Part shown: positions 17,044 to 26,600 of the stretch, piece by piece
Position numbering within the stretch: position 1 is the stretch's first letter
How the letters are laid out: the number at the start of each line of letters is the position of its first letter
From: an uncultured Acidimicrobiales bacterium
Lineage (GTDB): Bacteria; Actinomycetota; Acidimicrobiia; Acidimicrobiales; Hopanoidiivorantaceae
Direction of reading: 5' to 3'
DNA length: 45,827 bases
Assembly (NCBI GenBank): GCA_964514465.1
Contig: CAZERQ010000004.1
Span: forward strand, 1 to 45,827
The notes under the pieces: generated by a model
The model's database searches: none
What the model saw: the letters and a program-made list of their open reading frames with translations, nothing else
Told to the model about the DNA's origin: nothing
Made by a program: the position numbers and the translations under genes

Positions 17044-19034
17044 TGGGTTTTGGTGGCGGACACTTCTGGGGTGGCGGGCCGTCGTCTTCGCAGTCCAACA
17101 CCGCGGCGGGGCTGCCCTTTTCCGGCATACCCACCGAGATGGCCGACCGCGCCCGCGAGCTGCTGGAGGCCGAACCTGAACACCCCGAACCCAGCGTCCA
17201 ATTCTCGCACCGCCCAGCTGGTGAACCGTCGCTCACGCTGCGCAGCTTCCTGTCGCCGTTCAAGGCCCAACTCACACTGGTAACCGCACTGGTCATCCTG
17301 GAAACCCTGGCTATCCAGTCCGGCCCGCTGCTCATCCAGTTGGGCATCGACCTGGGCGTGCTGCGCGGCCGATACTCCACCGTCGTCTGGATCTCGCTCA
17401 TCTTTTTGGCCACGGTCATCGCGCAGATCACCACCGGCTATGCCCGCACCGCGCTGGCGGGACGGCTGGGCGAGCGCCTGATGTATCGTCTGCGGGTGCG
17501 CATCTTCTCGCACCTCCAGCGTCTGTCGCTCAGCTTCTACACCGAGGAGAAAGCCGGCGTTTTGATGACCCGCATGACCAGCGACATCGAAACCCTGACG
17601 GTGCTGCTGCAGGAAGGTATGGTCAGCATCGTCGTCCAGTCGCTCACGCTGATCGCCATCACCACGGTGCTGTTCATCTACAATCCGCTGCTGGCGTCCA
17701 TCACAGTGCTGGTGGTGATCCCGTTCACTTTCGCGCTGTCGGCCTGGTTCAGGCGGCGCTCAGATGTGGGCTACACCCGGGTGCGCGACCGCATCGCCGC
17801 GGTGCTGAGCAACCTGCAGGAGAACCTGTCGGGCATCCGGGTCATCACGGCGCACAACCGCCACCAGCGCAACATCGCCATCCACGGACGGGTGGTGGGC
17901 GACCACGAGGACGCCAACCTGGATACCGTCAAGGTCAACACCGTCTATGGTTCGGTGACCGAGGGGGTGGGCATCATCGGGCAGGCGATTGTGCTGCTGA
18001 TCGGCGGCTGGATGGTGGCCGACGGCGACCTGTCGGTTGGCGAGTTGACGGCTTTTGCGCTGTATTTGACTGCGTTCTTTGCGCCCATCCAGACGATCGT
18101 CCAGCTGTATAACACCTATCAGCAGGGCCAGGCATCGGTCAAGAAACTGCGCGGCTTTTTGGACGTTGCGCCTGAGGTGGCCGAGGCCAAGGATGCGACA
18201 GATCTGCCGGCTGTTGAGGGGCACATCCGTCTGAGCCAGGTCAGCTTCGGCTATGACCCGGACGAAGTGGTGCTGCGCGACATCGACCTGGAGATACCGC
18301 CCGGCGAGAGCCTGTCGATTGTGGGCGCGACCGGGGCGGGCAAGTCCACCATCGCCAAGCTGGTCTGTCGGTTCTATGATCCCCAGCGGGGCAGCATCAG
18401 CATTGACGGGCGGGATGTGCGCGAGGTGGCGCTTGAGTCTTTGCGGCGGCAGCTGGGCGTGGTGCCACAGGAGCCGTTCTTGTTCAACGGCACCATCGGC
18501 GAGAACGTGGCTTTCGCTGATCCTGCGGCCGGGCGCGACGAGATTTGGCGGGCGTGCCAGGCGGTGGGGTTGGACTCGCTGGTTGCGCGGCTGCCCGAGG
18601 GTTTAGACACGCTGTGTCACGAGCGGGGGGTTTCGTTGTCGTCGGGTGAGCGGCAGCTTTTGGCATTGGCGCGGGCATTTCTGGCGCAGCCGCGGGTGCT
18701 GGTTTTGGACGAGGCCACCTCCAATTTGGATTCGCATTCTGAAAAGAAAATCGAGGAGGCGCTGGACGTGGTGCTGCAGGGTCGCACAGCCATCATCATC
18801 GCACATCGCCTGACCACCGCCATGCGCGCCGACCGGATTGCGGTGATTGACGGCGGGCGCATCGTGGAGGTAGGCAGTCATCGGGAGTTAATGGCGTTGG
18901 GTGGGCACTATGCGGCCATGCATGAGCGGCACGCCAGCGTCGCCAGTTTGAACGGTGAGGTGGCGGGTGGGGGTGGTGAGACGGCGCGGGATGGCGAAGC
19001 GGCGCGAGATGGTGAGGTGGCGCGAGATGGGTGA
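17043..19034 (+). CDS. ABC exporter, fused permease/ATPase (half-transporter 2)
   Basis: TMD plus an NBD with Walker A GATGAGKST, signature LSSGERQLLALARAFL and Walker B VLVLDEATSNLD. The C-terminal tail is an 18-bp x3 repeat (GETARD/GEAARD/GEVARD). Confidence 0.88.
   Translation: MGFGGGHFWGGGPSSSQSNTAAGLPFSGIPTEMADRARELLEAEPEHPEPSVQFSHRPAGEPSLTLRSFLSPFKAQLTLVTALVILETLAIQSGPLLIQLGIDLGVLRGRYSTVVWISLIFLATVIAQITTGYARTALAGRLGERLMYRLRVRIFSHLQRLSLSFYTEEKAGVLMTRMTSDIETLTVLLQEGMVSIVVQSLTLIAITTVLFIYNPLLASITVLVVIPFTFALSAWFRRRSDVGYTRVRDRIAAVLSNLQENLSGIRVITAHNRHQRNIAIHGRVVGDHEDANLDTVKVNTVYGSVTEGVGIIGQAIVLLIGGWMVADGDLSVGELTAFALYLTAFFAPIQTIVQLYNTYQQGQASVKKLRGFLDVAPEVAEAKDATDLPAVEGHIRLSQVSFGYDPDEVVLRDIDLEIPPGESLSIVGATGAGKSTIAKLVCRFYDPQRGSISIDGRDVREVALESLRRQLGVVPQEPFLFNGTIGENVAFADPAAGRDEIWRACQAVGLDSLVARLPEGLDTLCHERGVSLSSGERQLLALARAFLAQPRVLVLDEATSNLDSHSEKKIEEALDVVLQGRTAIIIAHRLTTAMRADRIAVIDGGRIVEVGSHRELMALGGHYAAMHERHASVASLNGEVAGGGGETARDGEAARDGEVARDG
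18975..19028. repeat. 18-bp tandem repeat x3 at the 3' end of the ABC half-transporter gene
   Basis: GGTGAGACGGCGCGGGAT / GGCGAAGCGGCGCGAGAT / GGTGAGGTGGCGCGAGAT. The final GAT plus the following G supplies the ATG of the next gene. Confidence 0.85.
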
Positions 19035-19872
19035 GAAAGCGGCCGGGGCAGCAGCTATTGAGTTTGAGGGTGTTGGCGTTAGGCGCCAGGGTCGGTGGCT
19101 GCTGCGCGACATTGACTGGCAGGTCGAGGCTGGCCAGCGCTGGGTGGTGCTGGGTGCCAATGGTGCCGGCAAGACGACTTTGCTGAGGGTGGTGTATGGC
19201 GAGATTTTCCCCACTTCAGGGTTTGCCAGCGTGCTGGGGCATCGGCTGGGGCAAGTTGACCTGCGCCGGTTGCGTCAGAAGGTCGGCCTGACGGGAGCGT
19301 TTTTGGAAAGCAGCCTGCGCCCCGAGACCACCGCCGGTGACGTCGTGGTGTCGGCCAAGTTCGCCGCCAAACAGACCTGGTGGCACAACTATGGCCCAGA
19401 CGATGTGCACCGGGCGCGGGAACTGCTGGATCTGGTGGGCTGCGGTCGGCTGGTTGATGCTCCGTTCGGCGACTGCTCATCTGGGGAACGTCAGCGGATT
19501 TTATTGGCCAGGGTGCTGATGCCGCGGCCGAGATTGCTGATTTTGGACGAGCCGATGGCCAACCTGGATCTGGGTGGGCGCGAGCAGTTGCTGGCGGTGC
19601 TCTCGGGGGAAGGTGGCCGGGGCGGCGAAGACAAAGCGAGCGGCGCGGGCAGCATCTATGCCGACAACCCTGGCCTGTCGTCTGTTTTGGTTACCCATCA
19701 CACCGAGGAGATCCCGGCGGGCAGCACCCATCTGCTTTTGCTCAAGGACGGGGAGGCGATGTCATCCGGGCTGATAGCTGAGGTTTTGACTGCGGAGAAT
19801 TTGAGCCGCTGTTTTGGTTTGGAGTTGGAGTTGGAGCGCGTCGGCGGGCGGTGGCGGAGTCGGGCGCGGTGA
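19027..19872 (+). CDS. Stand-alone ABC ATP-binding protein (no adjacent permease)
   Basis: Walker A GANGAGKTTLL, signature SSGERQRILLARVL and Walker B LLILDEPMANLD. The ATG at 19027 overlaps the upstream stop (ATGGGTGA). The longer track start at 18955 would read through the repeat tail of the upstream gene. Confidence 0.8.
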   Translation: MGEKAAGAAAIEFEGVGVRRQGRWLLRDIDWQVEAGQRWVVLGANGAGKTTLLRVVYGEIFPTSGFASVLGHRLGQVDLRRLRQKVGLTGAFLESSLRPETTAGDVVVSAKFAAKQTWWHNYGPDDVHRARELLDLVGCGRLVDAPFGDCSSGERQRILLARVLMPRPRLLILDEPMANLDLGGREQLLAVLSGEGGRGGEDKASGAGSIYADNPGLSSVLVTHHTEEIPAGSTHLLLLKDGEAMSSGLIAEVLTAENLSRCFGLELELERVGGRWRSRAR

Positions 19873-19904
19873 CCGGAAGCGAACGCGGCGAGAGTGGCGG
19901 GGGG

Positions 19905-20546
19905 TTAGGCCAGCAAACCCTCCAGCTCGTGGATCACCAGCAGGATGCCTGACTTCACGCTCACCATGGCTTCGTATCCCATCAGTTCGTTGCTGACACC
20001 GCGGCTGGATCCCAGCTTCAGCGTCTCATAGTCAAGCTCCCAGCGCAACCCTCGGGCCAGCACACCTTCAACATCTCCACCCCAGGGAATTAGCGAAACA
20101 TACTGCCCCGCCAGCCCTTCGAACATCACCCTGTCTGTGACCACGTGGACGATAGCTGAGCCCATCTGGGCGGTTACTTGAATGTGGGCGGGCAGGGCGG
20201 CCAGCAGATCAACATTGGCCAGAGAGTGATCCAGCCGACCGCCGTGGCCGCCGATCATGGTGATGCTGGTGGGGTTCTGCTCAAGCGCTGCTTGAAATGC
20301 CAGATCTAGGTCAGTGGCGTCTTTGTCGGTGTCAAATTTGCGCACCTGTGCTCCGGTTCTTTCGGCGTGGGCTATGGCACTTGCGGGAGTGGAATCCAGA
20401 TCGCCCACCAACAGATCCACCTCAACCCCGTGAGCCTGGGCGACCAGCAGGCCCGAGTCGGCTGCAATGACATAGTTGGGCGGGGCCGGCAACATCCGGA
20501 AGATGCGGGCAACCTTGTCGCCACCGGCAAAGACCCAGATGTTCAT
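19905..20546 (-). CDS. Thiamine pyrophosphokinase (TPK/ThiN-type)
   Basis: VIAADSGLLVA, VGDLDS and FDTDKDATDLDLAF are TPK catalytic-domain motifs, followed by a C-terminal thiamine-binding beta domain. Size 213 aa. Confidence 0.75.
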   Translation of the reverse strand: MNIWVFAGGDKVARIFRMLPAPPNYVIAADSGLLVAQAHGVEVDLLVGDLDSTPASAIAHAERTGAQVRKFDTDKDATDLDLAFQAALEQNPTSITMIGGHGGRLDHSLANVDLLAALPAHIQVTAQMGSAIVHVVTDRVMFEGLAGQYVSLIPWGGDVEGVLARGLRWELDYETLKLGSSRGVSNELMGYEAMVSVKSGILLVIHELEGLLA

Positions 20547-20554
20547 GGAAGATG

Positions 20555-20580
20555 TCCCCCGGCTGTGTGGGACCGGGGGA
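20555..20580 (-). terminator. Perfect 8-bp inverted repeat (possible intergenic stem-loop) between the giant gene and the TPK gene
   Basis: TCCCCCGG-N10-CCGGGGGA sits 28 nt downstream of the giant-gene stop and 9 nt upstream of the TPK ATG. No U-tract follows on the transcribed strand, so it is more likely an RNA-stability or attenuating hairpin than an intrinsic terminator. Confidence 0.3.
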
Positions 20581-20607
20581 CCAATTAAGTTGGGCTTGGC
20601 GACTCGG

Positions 20608-23600
20608 CTAGGGTGCGGTGTAGGTTCCCGTGGCTGTCGTGTCGCCAGCCGCCAGTGTTACATCGGCCGGCGTGGTCAGGCCAGAAATCTCAGGCCAACT
20701 GACGACATACTCGCAGCCAGAGTCCTCGCCGCCGTCAATGTCGACCGCCATCACCATGACGTCCGCAGCGCTGCCGTCAGATCCGATCATCATTGTCCTG
20801 GCGTGGCTGAAGTAGCAAGGCTGATAATTCCGTGGGAACCCAGAATCCTCGCCACCGATCAAGCGCGGCGACAGGTGCCCATTGGGCGTCTTGAGAGTTC
20901 CTTGGATCGTGACCCGCGCAGTGTCGCCGTTGCGACTATTGTCGGGCGTGGTCAGCGACAAAGTGATTGTCTTGAGCCTCACCAGCGACAGCTCAACGTG
21001 AACGTTGGGCCGGCGGATCAGAACCAGCGCATCGGTGCCGATGTTGACCTCATGCGCTGTTGCGGCGCCGCTGGGATCCTGCCCCATGTGTGTGAGATAG
21101 TCCCCAGTGAAGGCGGACGGGAAGTCGACACCGCAGGAGACAGAGGCTTGCGGCCTGGGCAACTCTGGGCTTCCGGCTGTCTCGGCGTCGCAGGCGAACA
21201 CCCTGTCGGCTGCCTGTCCAGTATCAATCTGATAGGTTGTCGTCTCAGCGATGCTGACAGAGCGATAGTCAGCGAACATGGGGACTTCCGCTGGCTCGTC
21301 AAGGTAGTATTCACTTGACGGCCTGATAGCTAGATTAGCGTCAGAGACAGAAGTCGCAATTTCATATTCGCAGATGGTCTTGTCGTTTGCGTCGTCGTCA
21401 TCGGTGAGTGAGGCGATTATGTCGGCATATGTCGACTCATCCGTGCTCATAACCAGGTTGGCTGACGTTCCGTCAATCTCTGCGGTGGTCTGCGTGAGCG
21501 ATGATGAGACAACATAGGTCTCCACCACGCTGGTGGTGCACTCGCCCTGTGTCTCATCAGATCTGCTATAGGTAATGTCCAGCGTTGTGCCAGCAAAAGC
21601 GTTGCTGCCACTGCTATCAACCACAGGCACCAAAATATTTGCCTGTGGCCTGAAGGTGGTGCCCAGGGGTGAGAACGGAGCCGCAAAAGTGGCTCTGGTG
21701 AAGTTGCTGTTCTCGTTGATGGTGGTTGACGACAGCGACTCCAGATACAGCGGGGAAATGTCATATTCCGTGTGGGGCCAGCCAGATTCATAAATCGTAA
21801 TCTCGTAGGAACACGGCGTGCTGGAACCGGCAATGTGCCCTGGCAAGCTATTTATGCCATCGGCTATTACCGTCTGGCCGCCAATCATCTTTTCATAACC
21901 TGCGGTTACTTCACCGTCGTCACCAATGGTGTAGGCCCTTCTTTCCCTGGTGGGACACTCCTCAGGCGAGAGATCTGTGGGAACAAAATCAACCCAAAGC
22001 ACGGTGCCGGAGAAGTCATTGGCATCCTCGGCGTCATTGTCGGCATCCCAGGAAGGTATCCTGAAGTCAATATTTGGCACAAACGATGAAGCCCACTCTA
22101 CGTTATATTCAGCAAAGACAAAGGTGGGCGGGTCGTCCATAGGTGTGGCCGCGCTCACCCGTGCGAACGGTATCGGCAAACCCGAGTTAGCAATCTCTAG
22201 CACTTCCTCAATCTCTAGCGCAAGCTTGATTCGTTTGAGTTCAGCAGCAGTCAGACCGCCCGCTTTGAGATCGGTAACCGTGGCGCTGTCAAAGCCCGTA
22301 TAGGCCTCTAACTCAGCGTTTGTGAGTTCCTCGATTTGCTCATCAAGGATATACGTTGACCTGCCGTTGATGCTGCTCAGCCTCAGGTTGTCCAGATCGT
22401 CGGATATGGACACTTCATATTCGCACGGGGCTGCCAGCTGGCTGTCGCCTGAGCCACCGTCGGGGTTGGTGCCATCGCCGCCACCTTGATAGGCTGCGGG
22501 TTGGTCGATCAGCCGCGGCGGATTAGCAGAGGCCACGTTGCCATCGTCATCCACCGTGTAGATGGCCGAATAGTAGCCGATGTTGTAGAGACTGGTAGCA
22601 GGCTCATCCCCTCGGGCTACCGCCGCGACAGCTGCCTTGTATATCTCGTCCATGGCTGTTTCAACAGCGGCTCTGATGGCTGTCTGGGTGGCATCAGAGC
22701 GCATCGTTTCACTGGTCAGCTCTTCGATTCTGGCGGCCAGCGCCTCACCGGTCAGGCCTTCACCTGTGGCGGTGGTGGTGGCGGCGGTGCGGGCCGCGGC
22801 TTCCTGGTCGCTGCGTGCCCGCTCATACAGGGCAGCGATCTCCGAGCGCTTGTCAACATAGAAGTCATAGGGGTTGCACTCAAACGCTGAACCAGTTTCC
22901 CATATCACACCACCCGAACTGGCAATCGCTCGCTTGGGCCAGAAGTCCACCGTGAAAGTGGTGCCGGAATAGATGTTGTTGCCGTCGGCGCCGTCAGTCT
23001 GGGGCACCTGAATGTTGACATTAGGCGTGAAGTAGGTCTGCACCAGATCCAACTCCTCAAGCGTGGGGATATAGCCCGGCGGCAACACGCCCGACTGGTG
23101 GTATATTGCGCTGATGACATTTGATTCGGCACTCAAGTGGGTCACGAAGCTCGCCCCGTCCCGGTTGAGGATATACAGGTCAGTGCCAGAGACGGTGGTG
23201 GGGTTCTCATGTGGCCATATGACCGTATAGACACACCTGGCGGCAGGCCCTATAGTCGTGCCATCTTTAGCAATGTCATAGGCCGGAGGCTGATCCATCA
23301 ACCTGAAGGATGGGTCGTTGGGCGTCACGCTTCCATTTTCTTGGACCGTGTAGGTAACAAGATATGGCCGCACAGCTGACGGAGTTGCCTCAGAGTTGGC
23401 TGGCCTTTGCGCTCCGGGATTGTCAGCAGTTGCTTGCAGTTGGTCTGTGATTTCAGACAGGTGCTGGCTGACAACTGCAGGCGGATTGCAGTGGAAGGAT
23501 GCGTCGTGCGCGGGACGGAACCGCACCACAAATTGGGTGTTCGTGAAAGCATTGCGGCCGTCGTTTTGGGGCACGCCGATGTTGACGATCGGGGTGAAAT

Positions 23601-26600
23601 AGGTGGCCGTCAGCTTCGGAGGCCTGGCGACATAGGTGAACCTTGCGGCTGCGTCACCGCTGGAGACGACCGCCGGCGCGATGGTGTTCGGCGCGGCTTT
23701 TATGATTGCAGACTCACTTAGTACCCGACGCGTCAGACCGGTCAGACAGTTGTTCTCACAGTTACCATCACCGTCGAACTCAATTGGTATTCTGTCAGCA
23801 GCTGGCACCACGATAGACCTGATCTCCTCTTCGGTCAAGCCATCCTGGAGCAGAGCTTCAATCTCGGAGTCGGTCAAGTCTGACCTCAGGCTCTTGATGT
23901 CAACTGCGCTCAAGCGCTCAAGCCCGGTGGAACCGGAGATTTGGCTGCCGTCCACTGCGTCAAGCTGAAGGCCGTTGGCGTCGCCCACCGAGATCTCAAG
24001 CAGGTAGCTGCACTCAACATCAACTGGGCTTCTGTAGGGCGACGGGACGGTCCCATCTGCACGCTCCACATAGGCGTTGCCGGGCTTGTGCACCAGCTCG
24101 GGCACGTTGCTGGACGTTACCATGCCGTCATCGCCCACTGTGTAGGTGGCGGTGTAGGGCGCGGGAGCGTTCTTGCGGGTGGGGCTGTAGTTATAGCCTG
24201 CGGGGAAGCAGCCGGGGTTGCCTCTCCAGCCAGGGGTGGCCATCCAACCTGTGGGCCAGAACTTCACCGTGAACGAAACACCGGAATAGATGTTGGGGGT
24301 GGGTCCGCCAGGCATCTGGGCCACTTCATTCACCTGTGGCACCCCAATGATCACGTTGGGCATGAAGGTGGAGCTCGGTGTCGGCACAAAATCTGCCACA
24401 TAGACATAGTTGGCGGACATCTGGCTTTCGCTGACAGTTGCCACGGCCAGAGTGTTGGGCGCTAAAGCCTGGATTTGGGCTGCGGTCAAGCCAACATCGG
24501 GGGCACTCTGGGCTGCGGCATAGCCATCAAGCTCCAGGCAGAACTCAGAGCGGCAACCCTTGAGGAATCTGATATTGGCCACAATATCGGCACGGGTTTC
24601 AATTTCGTCATCGGTCAGGCCACCGACACCGCCCAGCAGAGTTTCAATCTCAGCGTCGCTCATGCCAACCAGCAGACCTTCAACCATTGCCTTGACCTCG
24701 TTGTCGGTCAAGTCGGCCGCCGCAAAATCGGTGGTGAAAAAGTCGTCAATCGCATTCTCGCTCAGGCCGACAAGAGTTGCAAGATTGGCCTTGTTTGTGT
24801 TGGCCATGGCTGCCAGGCTCTCTTTGAGGCCCTCGTTGTCTGTGGCTGTTTGGCCGTTGACGCTTTCCAAGATCAGATTTCTTGGGCTGGTGGTGATCGT
24901 CTGGCGCACATCATAGACGCACTTGCTGGCGGGCTCATACCGGTCGGTGACAGTTGCAGCAGGTTGGTTCACCAAACGCGGGGCGGTTCCTGTTGCCATG
25001 CCGCCAGATTGGACTGTGTAGGTGGCGTGATAGGGTGCCGTGCTGGGGTCATTGCGCCGGTAGGAGAAGGGATCATAGCCTTGCGGATTGCAATCCCTTG
25101 CAGAACCCAGAACCGGGAAGAACTCCACCGTGAAGGAGGTTGCGGCCGCGTTGGAATAGTCGTTGTTCCCGTCACCGTCGGCATCGGTGTCAGGCACCAT
25201 AATGTTCACCGTGGGCGTGAAATAGGTTTGCACAACCGTAGCGGGTGTGTTGGCCAGCATTTCGTTTTCACAGGTGTTCCCGATGGCTTGGAGATCTGCA
25301 CTGGTGGGATCGCAGTCAACCTCCTCGTCCGGCTGCCAGACATATGCCGGGATGTCTCCGCCTGGCTCAAAGTAGATACCCGCAAGGGGTGTCTCAGAGT
25401 CAAGATAGGTGGAATAGAACGCAAGAAGCAAATCTTCCCCGGCACTGCAACTCTCGACACTCAGACGATCTCGCAGGGCTTCAGGCACTGTGCTGCACTC
25501 ACGATTTTCAAAGAGAATCAGGTAGGTGCCCTTGGCCTCCACCCAAGTGGGCCACTTGACGCTGTAGGTGCACGCAAGCGCACGAGTTCCATCTGGCGCA
25601 TAGGCCGCGGGCTCATTTATCAGTCTCAAAGACGGCGGATCCCCAGCTGCTTCGGTGCCCTCCACGAGCACCACAGTGCCATCGTCTTGAATTCTGTAGG
25701 TGGCCTCATATGCTGGAACCGCATCTCCTGTGGGCCGATCCTCGCCCGGGGTGATTTCGGGAAGTCCGTCTGGGTTGTTGCACCAATAGCTAGAGTCTAT
25801 GACGGTGGGGGCACCTTGACGCGGGCGGAACTCCAGCACAATGTCAGTGCCCGAGAAGTCGTTGATTTGGTTGTTGTCAGCGTCTTTTGGCGGCACGATG
25901 ATGTTCACGCGCGGGGTGAAATATGTGGCCACCAGAGCTTCAGGCTGGACAACATAGGACACCGTCGCGTCTGTCTGGTCTGCGTTGACAATTGCGGCGG
26001 GCACAGAGTTGGTGGCAAGGCTCCTGATTTTGTCGACGCTAAAGCCGGCTGTTGCGCTGACCGCTTCTGAACGGGTTTTGAGTTCATCCTCGGTCAAGCC
26101 GCCTGTTCCCCCAATGAGATCTGTGGCAGCCATGTCGGCCAGCCCAGTGAGCAAGCCACCGATAATGGCCACGATTTCGTTGTCGGTCAGGCCACCCATC
26201 AAAAGTTCTTCAACCACAGCCTCGCTAAGTCCGCTTTCTGACATCAGCGTGGCCTTGTCCCAAGATCTTATGACCCCATCAATTCCAGTGTTGCCTGCCG
26301 GCCTGGCACCATTGACGGTGTCCACCTGCAGCGTGACTCCTGCAGCGGTGCCTGCAGCGGTCACGTCAGACGGCCACACCACCGTGTAGGAGCACGGATC
26401 GGCCAACTCAACGGGATCAGCACCCGGTTTACGGATGTAGCGGGGGTTGCCTGGAATGGGTAGCCCGGTGTCTGGGTGAATTAGACGGTCATCCTCGGGG
26501 GTTAGAGGGTCATCCTCGGGGTAGGTTGTGGCAACGGGATTTTCTTGTCCCTCCTTCAATTCAGGCCCATCATAAAGACCAAGCGGGTCATAGAGCGGAT

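Noticed and set aside
20608-20700. Searched the giant protein C-terminus for LPXTG/sortase, GPI-like, CWB or hydrophobic anchor motifs
   Set aside because: None seen. The sequence ends ...AGDTTATGTYTAP right after module 18, so attachment, if any, must use another mechanism.
24475-26070. 531-aa plus-strand ORF inside the giant gene (and similar ones at 26545-27312, 28672-29574, 31069-31671, 20476-21318)
   Set aside because: All lie antisense to the uninterrupted, motif-rich 3,897-codon frame. Their translations are low-complexity Gly/Arg/Val-rich and have no start-site support.
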